Assembly (NCBI RefSeq): GCF_006345805.1
Contig: NC_043014.1
Location: 35,774,001-35,838,000 of the forward strand
Length of the DNA: 64,000 bases
Origin: Octopus sinensis
Taxonomy: Eukaryota
Reading direction: 5' to 3'
Within the stretch, counting starts at the first letter, position 1, and the number at the start of each line of letters is the position of its first letter. The notes under the pieces are model-generated. The model had not been told where the DNA came from, did no database searches, and worked only from the letters and a program-made list of their open reading frames with translations. The translations under genes were made by a program, and so were the position numbers. Below, in pieces: positions 14,087 to 26,779 of this stretch.

Positions 14087-14266
14087 TATATCAGGTCGCT
14101 TTTGGGCTCTACTGGTAACTTGTAAGTCAGTACAACTTGTTGCATGATCGGGTATCGGCGACTTAACTGACCCATCAAGCTTGCTTGGTGAGGAGAGTAA
14201 CTGTTGGACAACATGCAGGACGAAAAATAAGACATACATACACACATCCCTACATACATAAACGTA

Positions 14267-14446
14267 CAGAGTAAACAATCGACCCTCGCACTGTCATTTT
14301 GGGATGAGACGTCTAGCCAGCTGGACGTTATTTTTTCTCTTCTATTTATTCTAATTCCTTGAAAAAATTTCTCCCAGGCGTTACCCATTACAATTCGTCT
14401 TGATCTAACGGCCCTTAATGTTTGTCTTCGTCGATTGTTTACTCTG
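14267..14446. mobile_element. Tc1/mariner-superfamily (pogo/Tigger-like) MITE (180 bp)
   Basis: Perfect 17-bp TIR CAGAGTAAACAATCGAC with TA on both sides. Confidence 0.75.
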
Positions 14447-14526
14447 TACATCCATTCTGGTGTCGTTTGTTCGTTCGAAGCCCTAACTCTCCATAAATTC
14501 TATAATTTTAAAACTTCTGGATGCTG

Positions 14527-14580
14527 CAGTCTTATGAAGTTTTCCTGTCTTGTCGTTGAAAGCTCGAAACAGGTAGTAAG
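14527..14580 (+). ncRNA. Possible decayed hammerhead motif
   Basis: CTTATGA agttttc...gaaagct c GAA ACAGGT A. The core has G5>T and stem I is not recoverable. Confidence 0.25.
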
Positions 14581-14912
14581 AAGCAGTCGACAACTGAGGA
14601 GGAAGTAGACTTCCTTTGGTATTTTATCCCTTCCTTATCTCAGTGTGTTTACTTATTTTTCACTCGTTGGTAATATCCTGTACTAAATGCGTATATTTTT
14701 TGTAAATGTCCTGTACTTATCCGTCGTGCATTTATGTATTTGTCACTTGCTGGTGATGTCCTGTACTAAATGTGCATTTTTAATCATATATAATTGAACG
14801 CCAGGCGTTACCCATTACAATTCACGCACACACGCACAAAATACACCCATACACGCGGTGTATCGTTGGCGATTTTCTTCAACCGTCTTCCCGCACTTTG
14901 GATTTTTCCTCT

Positions 14913-14947
14913 ATTTCTGAAGAAGTGCCAGACTCGAAACTTTAAAT
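14913..14947 (+). ncRNA. Degenerate hammerhead motif (same repeat family as 34953)
   Basis: attt CTGAAGA agtgccagactc GAA ACTT T aaat. Stems II and III are damaged. Flanks 14845-15040 align with 34885-35085. Confidence 0.5.
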
Positions 14948-15032
14948 CCTCTTTCCTTCCTTTCCTGAGCGTCTGATAATACAGTCCTTGCGTTATTGTT
15001 TTGTTTTTTTCTTGTTTGTCCTTTGTTTGAAT

Positions 15033-15071
<39 letters not shown>

Positions 15072-15300
15072 ATATTAATTGTTATCGCCATATTAATATG
15101 GCATTCTTATAGATATAAGAATAATCGCTGCCATGGTCAGCTCCATGAGGCCACCGCCATCAAGATAGCTATTGATACACGATCTGTATCCATTATAACC
15201 TTCGAACAAGGGAGGTCAGCCGCTTCACACTGCCAGTCCGACAGCTACAGTAAACGCTGCCATAATCTCTTTTATAGAGACTTAGTAATTTTAATATTTC

Positions 15301-15369
<69 letters not shown>

Positions 15370-15491
15370 CAATGTATGTATGTATGTATGTATGTTCATG
15401 TATACTAGTATGTATATCATGTGTTAGCGCACGAAACGAAATTCTCTGCCCTTGAGTCACTCTGTTGTTTTTGCTAATATCAATAAAAAGA

Positions 15492-15542
<51 letters not shown>

Positions 15543-16270
15543 TAGATGGTCATGTTTTGAGTTTTGTCTTTACTGTTTGCATCACGAAACGTGTGTGTGT
15601 GTGTGTGTGTGCGCGCGTATGTGTGTGTGCGCGCGTATGTGTGTGTGTATGTGTGCATGTGACCGTATCTCACACGCACGCACACACATTCATAGGCTCA
15701 TATCAGAACGTTAACATGTGCATGCAGGATTGCGTAAATGGTGTACGTTGGTGTTTTGTGCATGTGATTACACATATCTACGATATGTACATAAAATAGG
15801 GTTGGGTATGATATAAAGTAAAACCAACAAGCGAGTGACCCTGTCCTACTTCTGACTATATACTCATTTTTGCCTTTCTTAACTTCTTGTCATCGTACCA
15901 TTTCTCAATTTTCTGAAATGAATAATGTAGACGATAAAACTTCACAGTTGATACGTCTTCCTTCTAAACCAGTTAAATTCGACGCTCAAAAGATGAACTA
16001 ACATTATTGTTGTTTGGGCCTTGATCAACCTCGATCAAGAAGGCTTATAGCTATATAGGTTTCTGTTTCTTTCTAATTTTCTCTTATTTATTTATCTATT
16101 TTCTCATCGAGTCAGTCAGTTGTGTTTCTTTTGAGAACTTGCTGCAATTTCAGCTTGTCAAACGATAATGTAAGGGTATTCGTCGTTGTTCTGTTATTGA
16201 TATCCAAGCACAATTGGCTGGATATTTTAGCGGAGCAAAATAGAAAAAAAACATGATTTTTTTTTTTTAT

Positions 16271-16591
16271 TCTAAGCTTACTTCTAAATTTAACACTAAC
16301 TTCAAGGTCAATCCTAAATTCTAATCCTTACCCTACATTCTTATCCTAGAATGGCACTTTCCCTAGCGCAAATCCTATCTCTAAATTTACCTACGCTTTA
16401 ATTAGTCATAAACCTAAATCATAATTTAATCTTATTCTTAACTCTAGGTGTTACGCTAACATGACAGTTTGTTAGACACAAACCCTGACCTTAAACGGTA
16501 TTCCAACCGATATCTGAAACTCTGCCCTGAAGTTTAACCGAACACTTACCTTAACCCAAACTCTCACGCTCCCTTGAATACTAACAATAAC
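16271..16591. repeat. Degenerate hexamer repeat resembling (CCTAAC)n
   Basis: tctaag cttact tctaaa tttaac actaac ... ccttaac ccaaac; 6-bp periodicity by eye. Confidence 0.5.
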
Positions 16592-16783
16592 GTTGCTTTG
16601 AACTTTAATGAGTTTGAAATATTAGCAGAGAAAATGGAATGAAATGACAATACTTCATAAATATACTGTCAAAAAAGAATGATATGGCAATATTTCCTAA
16701 ATACATTGTCAAAAAAGAAGTTTGTTTGCTCCCTTTATTGACTAATGTAGTGAACCATGTCTTACCCTATACCGTCAACATAA

Positions 16784-17040
16784 AATAATAAATGCGCCCT
16801 TTTAAAGCCTAGCCAGGCTCATGGGCCCGGTTTCCCGATTTCTATGGCGTATGTGTTCCCCAGCTGGACGGCACGCCAGTCCATTGCAGCGTTACTCATT
16901 TTTGCCAGCTGAGTGGACTGGAGCAACGTGAAATAAAGTGTTTTGCTCAACAACACAACGCGTCGCCCGGTCCAGGAATCGAAACCACAATCTTACGATC
17001 ATGATACTGACACCCTAACCACTAAGCCACGCGCCTCCAC
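16784..17040 (-). mobile_element. tRNA-derived SINE family C with 14-bp TSD
   Basis: TACCGTCAACATAA at 16770-16783 and 17041-17054. Head (minus) GTGGAGGCGCGTGGCTTAGTGGTTAGGGTG...GGTTTCGATTCC. Other copies at 12118-12330 (-), 42385-42630 (+) and 46665-46958 (-, longer body). Confidence 0.85.
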
Positions 17041-17336
17041 TACCGTCAACATAATAAACCAGATTGATACCTACCACAAATGTCGGTGATGTTAAACAAG
17101 TGTGAGTTGTCTTCCGTTGTACAGGACACCAATATAATGTCCATCGCGGAAGGATTTGGTTTTGATTTGCTGGGCAACGATAATCTCATCTATTTTTTTT
17201 TTCAGACTAGAATTGCTTATAGTGACGAATTAAATTCCGCACTGATGTAGCTACAGCTAAGTTGACTGCATTGTTGAAAGTTTACCGTCTTGAACAGGGA
17301 CACTGTACAGTGAACTATATGACACTGAGGAACATA

Positions 17337-17554
17337 CGAGGGGGGTACTGAAAAGTTTCTGCCTTTGGGTAAGAGAAAACACAGTAGGATCAGATAATTA
17401 TGATGTTATCCAACATATTCCGCTCTCAGACTCATACACTTATTGCAGTGGTCCTTCAGTTTTCCTAAGCCACGAAAAGGAACGCGGAAGGTTAGGATTC
17501 CAACCAAGCTTTTCGTGATACCCTAAAAGCCAGGAACTTTTCAGCAACCCCTCG
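17337..17554. mobile_element. Mariner-derived MITE (218 bp)
   Basis: TA|CGAGGGGGTACTGAAAAGTT ... AACTTTTCAGCAACCCCTCG|TA. Confidence 0.8.
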
Positions 17555-17655
17555 TAATTCCATCTCGGTAGGCCGAGCAATTGTGTATTAAATGCCACAG
17601 CCATGGAACACATTAATAATCTATGATACTGTTCAGTACTTATATACACGTAAGT

Positions 17656-17983
17656 CGAGACGGGTTGGGACCCCCGTCGGTCACGACACTGACCATGGGA
17701 TTGCACCTAGAAAGTTACCCTCCTAGTCACAAGTCTGGGCAAGGTGGTTTATGGAAGACCAGCAGTCGCCTATGCATACCGGCCTCCCCTCTTCACGCCA
17801 CCAGTGTTATCCAAGGGAGAGGCAGTAGCCGATACAGCTTGGCACCCGTGACGTCGCAACGCATTTCTACAGCTGAGTTAACTGGAGCAACGTGAAATAA
17901 AGTGTCTTGTCCCGGTCCGAGATTCGAGCTCACAACCTCACGATCGTAAGCTCTACGCTCTAACCACTGAGCCATGCGCCTTC
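17656..17983 (-). mobile_element. SINE family C-related element with a different 3' body, 10-bp TSD
   Basis: ACACGTAAGT at 17646-17655 and 17984-17993; tRNA-like head GGCGCATGGCTCAGTGGTTAGAGCG. Confidence 0.8.
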
Positions 17984-18404
17984 ACACGTAAGTAGACTGT
18001 GGGGTTTAAGAGATAAGTATCTTAGTCAGAGACGCAGTATCATGAACTACAGTTTTGTGGAATGGGTCGTTCGCAACTGAGTTTATTGGCCAGCGACTCA
18101 GTAAGAAGAACTATATAATTTTGTAGTAATTACAGCTAGATCGACTGAGGTAGAAATAATAGCACAATGAATTATACTAGACTGTTGTACATACATATAG
18201 CTCCCTTGACTGAGTTATGGCAGAGTTTAATGCATCTTGTTGCTGAAACAACTCAATGATGGTGCCAGAATATGAATCACGTCTCACTAACTGCATGATC
18301 ATACAGTACAACAGGTAACGAATCACTTATTAAATTTTACAGTGAAGTTGCTGTTTGTAGCAATATCTTACACTCATACTATGATACTGAGTTGATACCT
18401 ACTT

Positions 18405-18798
18405 GCTATTTAAGGGTTAAATGTATATTAGATACGGGCTATTTAAGAATTAAATGTATTTTAGATACGGGCTATTTAAGGGTTAAATGTATTTTAGATA
18501 CGGGCTATTTAAGGGTTAAATGTATATTAGATACGGGCTATTTAAGGGTTAAATGTATCTTAGATACGGGCTATTTAAGAATTAAATGTATTTTAGATAC
18601 GGGCTATTTAAGGGTTAAATGTATTTTAGATACGGGCTATTTAAGGGTTAAATGTATATTAGATACGGGCTATTTAAGGGTTAAATGTATCTTAGATACG
18701 GGCTATTTAAGAATTAAATGTATTTTAGATACGGGCTATTTAAGGGTTAAGTGTATCTTAGATACGGGCTATTTAAGGGTTAAATGTATCTTAGATAC
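18405..18798. repeat. 33-bp minisatellite, 12 units, with 132-bp higher-order structure
   Basis: Unit GCTATTTAAGGGTTAAATGTATHTTAGATACGG; units 2-5 equal units 6-9. Confidence 0.95.
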
Positions 18799-19106
18799 AG
18801 ACACAACACAACCTCGCATACAAGAAGAGAACATCACAAACTTATGCTGTTCTTCGTGTAAATCCATTAATTGACGTAAATTTACATCGCGGGTTCCCCT
18901 CGTGAATTATCTCCCTTCTGAAGTTGCTGATATTGTTGTTCAGCTCGACGTTAACATTGATCGAGATTATCTACAATCAAATACCTCCCAGCTAATACCA
19001 TTTCTTAGATATACAGTATTTAGGACCACTTTATTCAATGTTTGCTTATTTTCAAAAGACCATAACGCATGATTTCTAGCTGAGCAAACGATCAGGTAGA
19101 TACTCT

Positions 19107-19179
<73 letters not shown>

Positions 19180-19834
19180 ATCGCTGTCGCTCGCTCGCTT
19201 CTACGGTCCTCGGTGTACTGGTTTTCAAACCGAATATCAACTGTGGAATGATTTACGAATAGATGTCTTAGGGGTACCCCATCCTCCTCCAGCTGAATTA
19301 ATAAAACCTAAATATCAATAAAAACGCACCAACCATTTTAAATGCGTGTGTGTGTGTGTGTGTGTGCCTGCCTATATATATGTGCAAGCCTCAGATGTCT
19401 TTTGAAGTTTTGCATTAATTATCCTTGTTTTCCAATGTAGATGAATGCTACGAATAGTTATACACTAAGAGTTATGTCCCTTGAATAAATACTTGCGCGA
19501 TATTCTTTTCACCTCTAAGCACAACGCCCGAAATTTGTGGGGAGGGGGCCAGTCGATTATATCCACCCCAGTGCGCAACTGGTACTTAATTTATCGACTC
19601 CGAAGAGATGACAAAGGTGACCTCGGCAGAATTTGAACTCAGAACGTAAAGACAGATGAAATACTGCTAGGCATTTCGCCCAGCATCCTAACGTTTCTGC
19701 CAACTCGCCGCCTTAGAAATAAAAAAAATATTAAGGCTGGGAATGGCAGGTGAACTCCCATCAAACAAAATTGATCACTCTTTAAGTAACAATGCATGTA
19801 TGTATAAAACATAGTCTCTCTCTTTCTCCATCTC

Positions 19835-19874
<40 letters not shown>

Positions 19875-19999
19875 TCTGTGGTTTTTCATATATATTATAT
19901 ATATATATATATAATATATATATATATATATGTATGTATTTATGTATATCTATATATATATATATATTATATATGTATGTATGTAGGTATGCATGTATG

Positions 20000-20039
<40 letters not shown>

Positions 20040-21097
20040 TATATATATATTATATTATATATAAAGATATATATAAATATATATATACTTTTTTTATTAA
20101 AATCTGCAAATATAATCACATATTACTCTAGGTTCGGTATTCGAGTATATTTTTTCCACGTTGTTTTACATTTATGTACTTACTCGTGTGTGTGTGTGTG
20201 TACATTTGTAGATACATATATATATACTTATACATGTTAGTGTGTGCATATGTGTGCGTGCTCGCGAGTGTGGAAGTGTATGCATTTAGAGTGTAATTTA
20301 AGAGTAGTCTCCCATGATACTCTTTAATCTATAAAGAGTTGTATTTCCTTTGAAATTAACTCTCTTATTAACGTAGGCGCTTTATTGCTGAATAGTTAAG
20401 GATTTCGTTTCGCCATGACATCCTTGGTCGATTCTACAGCATGGCATCTTGGTCAGGCGTGATATTCTACAGCTTCGAGCTGGCTGATACTTCATCAGAG
20501 AAAATGGCGATATCTAATCTTAATGATAGCATTATTTCACGCTGAAATGGCCTGAAAATTACTTGGAATATTCAACCACTTAACCTTAATTTAGGAGCAG
20601 AAAATTCAGTCGATCGAATAACTGAATCTTCTCCGTCGAACGATGGATATTCACCACATACAGGGCTAAATTTATTTATGAGTTAATATGGGCCATAGCT
20701 CAGGGCCCCAAGCTTGGATGGTCCCAAACTCTGAGGACCATTGTAATTCAAATAAGCCTAAAGCTTGGAGTTAAAAATTCAAAAAATATATTAAAAACAA
20801 TCACATAAGTAATTTGCAATTTCCATTTTCTTGAATCAGTTTTTTCTAATCCGAGGGAGATCTTTTAAGATTTTTTTACCCTTTTCTTTTTATTGGGATC
20901 TTTAAATTTAAAAAAAACAAAAAGGCAACTTCTGAGTCTATCTAGGTCCTTTTAAGTTTCAGGAAACCGCGTTCCTGCGACCGCGAGTCCGCTGCCCTAA
21001 CCGCTGGGCCATTGCGCCTCCTCTGCTGCTGCTGCTGCTGCTGCTGTTGTTGTTGTTGTTGTTGTTGTTGTCGTTGTCGTTGTCGTTGTTGTTGTTG

Positions 21098-21128
<31 letters not shown>

Positions 21129-21639
21129 TGTTGTTGTTGTTGTTGCTGTTGTTGTTACTATTGTTTAACACGTCGTCCACCTGGATTGTGAAGTTACCTG
21201 GATCGTCAAAATTACCATCCGTGACCAAGTCTTCGTTTTTTCTTCTTTATTTTGCTATGTGCCCAAGATAGTGGGGCGTTATTTGAGAAAGATTTAGCTA
21301 CGACTTCTAGCATATCAAGTGTATACGTAAATGCCTTTCTCATTGGCTCGCAACCAACTAGGTGATGACTCTACGTAGCTGGTTTTGAGACTAGATTCAG
21401 CGGCGAAATATCATTCAAAGAAACAGAATGTAAATAATTAGATGAATAAATAAATAGATACATGACATGTTGGATAATGTTGGATAAAATAAAAGCAAAA
21501 TAGAATGGCCACTGTTGGATCGAGTTCGTTTCATCTTCGGTGTTTGTGCGATTACTGTTGACTTTAGAAATACACAACCCAATGGTGGAAGCAGTAGCAG
21601 CAGGTGTTACCGTAGCAGTAACAGCACAGCAGCAGCGGC

Positions 21640-21830
21640 GTGGAGGCGCAATGGCCCAGTGCTTAGGGCAGAGGACTCGCGGCTGTAAGAACGCGGTTTC
21701 GATTCCCAGACCGAGCATTGTGAGTGTTTATTGAGCAAAAACACCTAAGTTTCACGAGGCTCCAGCGGGGGAGAGGATGGTGAACCCCGCTGTACTCTTT
21801 CACCACAACTTTCTCTCACTCTTTCTTCCT
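21640..21830 (+). mobile_element. tRNA-derived SINE family D (a truncated inverted head at 20955-21022)
   Basis: GGAGGCGCAATGGCCCAGTG.TTAGGGCAG.GGACTCGCGG...GGTTTCGATTCCC. Confidence 0.7.
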
Positions 21831-22587
21831 ACTTCTGTCACAAAGCAGAGGAACCATGGTGTAAACCACTATGGTGTGGTAAACTTTCAGACCCTAGTCT
21901 AGATTGCGAATCCTCTGTACCCCAGGATGGTTCAGCTCTCAACCCATTAAAACCCACTGTTTACGGAATGAGGATAACAATGCAACTGCCAGTCTATCGC
22001 GTGTGGTGGGTGGATCTTCAAGTTGCCACACGCATTCTTAGTAGCTTAGAGTAGGCTCGAATTAGAGAGTCCTGAATGGAAGAAGAAGAAGAAGAAGAAG
22101 AAGAAGAAGAAGAAGAAGAAGAAGAAGGAGGAGGAGGAGGAGGAGGAAGAGGAGGAGAAGAAGAAGAAAAGAAGAAGAAGAAGAAGAAGAAGAAGAGCAG
22201 CGGTTACGATATTGGTACCGACAGCGCAGCGGTGAGGTAGCAGCGGCGGCGGTGGTGGTGGTGGTGGTGGTTGTCCATCTCTTGCTCTCATGCCTTTCCC
22301 TTTTTCTCCTTATACTTTTCTCTGTCTGTCTGTCTCTCTCCTACTCTCCATCTCTCTCCAACTCTCCCTCTCCATCTCTCTCTCTCCCATTCTCTCTCTT
22401 CATCTCTCTCTTTCTCCATATCTCTCTCCATCTTTCTCTCCTACTCTCTCTCTCCATCTCTCTCCTACTCTCTCTCCATCTCTCTCTCCCACTCGCTCTC
22501 TCCCTCTCCATCTTTCTCTCCCACCCTCTCTCTCCATCTCTCCATCTCTCCATATCTCTCTCCCACTCTCTCAATCTCTCTTTCGCT

Positions 22588-22618
<31 letters not shown>

Positions 22619-23399
22619 GTCCCGTCACTCCTACACACCATTATTCCCTTTTATTCCCTTTTCTTCCTCATTCTATTTCTTTCTTCCATCATATTCCCTT
22701 TCTTCTTTTCTTTTTTCTTTTTTTCTTTCTTCTATTTTCCTTTCCCCACCACTCCCTTAACTTCTCCAATCCTGACGGTACACACACACACATTCGCATT
22801 CACAAACATACACATACACACTCACACAAGCGCGCACAGTGACACACACATGTTTCATTTCATTAACATTGGTCAGCCAACCATCACTATACTCACAAAT
22901 ACTAATACAAACACCCAATATCCATCCATTGCTCACCTTATCTTTAAGAAGACAAACTATTGTCCTTATCAGTTTGGCCCCATTCATGAATTAACAACTC
23001 CTTCAAACAGATGCACACACTCAAACACTTTCTCTATCACTCACCACCGTTTTCTCTCTCCCTCTCTCTCTTTCTCTCCGTCTCTCACTCTTTTTCTCTC
23101 TCCCTCTCTCACACACACACACACGCGCGCAGACGCGCGCGCATACACACACATGTATACATATACACACCAGTTCGCCAAAAAGACCGACAGAACAGGC
23201 TTTAAAATGTAAGTATTGGAGGGAGGGGATAATTTGTTCGACTAAACTCTTCCTTCAGAGAGGTGCTCCAGCATGGCTGCAGTCTAAATGACTGAAACAA
23301 GTAAAAGATAAAAGAACATCTCTCTCTCTCTCTCTCTCTTCCTTCTCTCTCTCTCGCTCTCCTCTCTCTCCTTCTCTCTCTCTCTCGCTCTCTCTCTAC

Positions 23400-23457
<58 letters not shown>

Positions 23458-24123
23458 TATATATATATACATACATGTATATATATATATGATTGATCGA
23501 TGGCTCCAAAAGCTTGTTCAATTTTCTAGAAATAACAGCCAAACTTCCCTCATACTATGCTCTTGGTAGTATTAAGGAATGGGAAAATGTTTACTCCGCT
23601 CCACCATTACGATTGAAATTAATAATTGTTTTTATTTTGTTCGGCTCTATGAATTTAATTTTTTTTTTTTAATGTTACTGCCCATTGCTTTATACAGGAA
23701 ATTGGAAAATCTTGACCAAAACAGAGGAATTCTAACTTAACAAAAAATATTGAAAGTAAACGTAAAAGTTCTGTTTTCCAAAGCCAAAAGATGTGTTTTT
23801 AGCTGGGGTGTAGTTTTATAATTGAAATATTCAAAATTTAAATTTCAAAACATAAGACTTACCATATCATCTGGTGTATAGCTGCAGTTCAAATGGGTAC
23901 AAAACCTAAAACAAATTTGTGTGTGAGTGTGTGTGTGAGTGCAGATATGAATAGCATATGGGAACCGGTATTAAGGGAAGATGGGAAAATATTAGATTTA
24001 TGAGCCCTAAAATTCACTGCATAATTGCCCTCGGGCATATGGCGTAGTGGTTAAGAGCGCGGGCTACCAACCCCAAGATTCCGAGTCCGATTACAGGCAG
24101 TGACCTGAATAATAATAATAATA

Positions 24124-24195
<72 letters not shown>

Positions 24196-24197
<2 letters not shown>

Positions 24198-26590
24198 CTG
24201 AATCGTAACAACTGAAGAGGTCACCCAGGCACTGCAAAAACTAAGCAACTGGAAGGCCCCTGGGCATGACAAGATCCCCAACTTCTGGTTGAAATATCTA
24301 ACAGGAATGCACAAAAAGCTGGCTGAAAACTTTAACAGCATACTAGCAGAGCCAGAGACAATGCCTGAATGGCTCACGAAGGGGAAAACCATCTTAATTC
24401 CCAAATCAAATGAAACAACAAAACCAGAAAACTACAGACCAATAACCTGCCTCCCTACTATGTTCAAGGCATTTACTGCAGTGATATCGCAAAGGCTGAA
24501 CAGCACCTGGACGAAAACAAACTGTTCCCAGAAGAGCAGAATGGATGCCGCAAGGGCTCATATGGCTGTAAAGATCAACTAATGATTAATAAAGCCGTAA
24601 CTGAAGACAGCCACAGAAAGAAGAAAGGCCTCAGTATGGCCTGGATTGACTACAAAAAGGCGTTTGATAGCATCCCCCACACATGGATCCTCGAAACACT
24701 AGCCATTGACAAAGTAGCACCACAATCATAAAATTCATAGAGCACTCTATGAATAAATGGCAAACAGTCCTACACCTCCAAACAAAAGAGGGACTCATGA
24801 AAACCAAAGACATCCCCATTAGAAGAGGAATATTCCAGGGAGACACGCTCTTCCTCCACTCCTTTTCTGCTTGGCACTGTCACCTCTATCTGATATGCTA
24901 AATAGAACTGGATGCGGATATAATGTTACGGCAAAACGATCAGCCACCTTTTATATATGGATGACCTAAAACTATACGCTGCAAATGACAACAGCTGGAA
25001 ACCTATTAAAGACAGTTCATGGATTTACCAAAGAAATAGATATGAAATTTGGATTAGAAAAATGCGCCAAAGTAACCATGAAAAGAGGAAAACTAGTTAA
25101 GAGTAACAACATCACACTAGATAAAACCAATGAAATAAAAGAATTAGACCAAAGCCAAACTTACAAATACTTAGAATCCATGAACTAGATAAGACACAAC
25201 ACACACCAAATGAAAGAGAAAATAAAAAAAGAATATTATAGACGAGTTAGATCAATACTAAAAACAGAGCTCAATGCTAAAAACAAGATAATAGGTATCA
25301 ACACTTTAGCTGTCCCAGTTATAAGTTACAGCTACAATATCCTTAACTGGACACGAAATGAACTGTCCAAAATAGATAGGAAAAAACAAGAAAAATACTG
25401 ACAGGATCTAGGATGCATCACCCAAAATCTGACATAGAAAGACTATATATACAACGTATAGAAGGTGGTAGAGGCCTTATACAGCTGGAAAACTACTATA
25501 AAATAACCACCATAGGACTGCAAAAATACCTACTTCAGAAGGAAGGAAAACTGATCCAGATAGCAGCAAAACACGAGCAAAAAAAAACTGTTCTCAGTAT
25601 TTAAGAAGCTGACAAATACAAACAAGAAATCATACCACCTAATAAACACAAAGAAGAAGAAGAAGATGATGAAGAAACAACAAAAGCTATAAAACAAATG
25701 AAATCCAACTAAAAATAGAACAGCAACGAGCCATGATAAAACGATGGCAAGAAAAACCCCTTCATGGTAAATACTGCACTAAACTAAACGCAAAAGAAAT
25801 AGACAAAGAAAAATCCCAGCAATGGTTGAGAAGCTCAGGACTCAAAGCAGAAACAGAGGGATTTTTAATTGCAGCACAGACCAAAGCCTCCCCACCAGAA
25901 ATTACCAAAAACATGTAATGAAAAGAAATATTACAAGTAACTGCAGAATATGTGGAGATGGACAAGAAACAATAAATCATATTATCTCTAGCTGCCAGTC
26001 CTGGCTAAGAAGGAATATATTCACAGACATGACAGAGTTGGAACCTACATACATTGGAAGCTATGCCAACATTATGGAATAACAACAGAAAAAAGATGGT
26101 ATAGGCACCATCAGAAAAGGTCACAGAAAACGAGAAAGCAACCATACTCTGGGATATGTCGATACACACAGATAGAGAAATTAAGGCCAACAGACCAGAT
26201 ATAGTTGTCAGAGATCATGAAGAAAAAAATGCTTTCTAATTGATGTATCAATACCGGCAGATGACAACGTGTCTCTAAAAAAATGGAGAACTCTCAAAGT
26301 ACAAAGACCTGGAAATAGAGGTAACTAGAATGTGGAACCTGAAAACAGAAACAATTCCTATCATAGTAGGTGCATTAGGCATGATAAAAAAATATTCAGA
26401 CAAATACATAACAAAAACACCAGGACTTACAAACACATATAACATACAGAAAATTGCACTACTAGGCACTGCACACATCCTAAGCAGAACACTTTCCATA
26501 CAATAACCATCAGAGCATCACAACAAATCACAGCACATACCCAAGGCACACAGAGCTGCGCTCGGTAGTGAAGTGAAAGCACGCTATAGA
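24196..26590 (+). mobile_element. R4/Dong-clade non-LTR retrotransposon (5'-truncated, frameshifted RT + CCHC zinc knuckle + restriction-like endonuclease)
   Basis: Fragments encode WKAPGHDKIPNFWLK, NYRPITCLPT, WIDYKKAFDS, RRGIFQGDT, LYMDDLKLY, FGLEKCAK, GGRGL, CRICGDGQETINHIISSC, RPDIVV and KYKDL. Flanked on both sides by long (TAA)n arrays. Confidence 0.9.
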
Positions 26591-26592
26591 AA

Positions 26593-26663
<71 letters not shown>

Positions 26664-26667
26664 CCAA

Positions 26668-26713
26668 GACACCTGATGAAGGCTGGAGAATATATCAGCC
26701 GAAACGTTGTATT
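26668..26713 (+). ncRNA. Minimal hammerhead motif (Penelope-type tail fragment)
   Basis: gacac CTGATGA a ggctg-gagaatatat-cagcc GAA ACGT T gtatt. One mismatch in stem I; lies directly after a (TAA)n tract. Confidence 0.6.
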
Positions 26714-26779
26714 AGCAACAAACAAGATGAGGACAAATATCCGTCAAATGTAAATAATGTACAGTAAAAGGCATACATA

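Noticed and set aside
18392-18874. 160-aa ORF of 11-aa repeats, or a CRISPR-like array
   Set aside because: The units are directly adjacent with no unique spacers, so it is not CRISPR. There is no splice or ATG support; the open frame follows from a 33-bp stop-free unit.
20464-20503. Minus-strand CTGATGA...GAAG
   Set aside because: GAAA is broken, stem II is weak, and stem I is out of register with a UH site.
21160-21280. Possible minus-strand exon (cacatag|...ccag|gtaact)
   Set aside because: No recognisable protein motif and no partner exons found.
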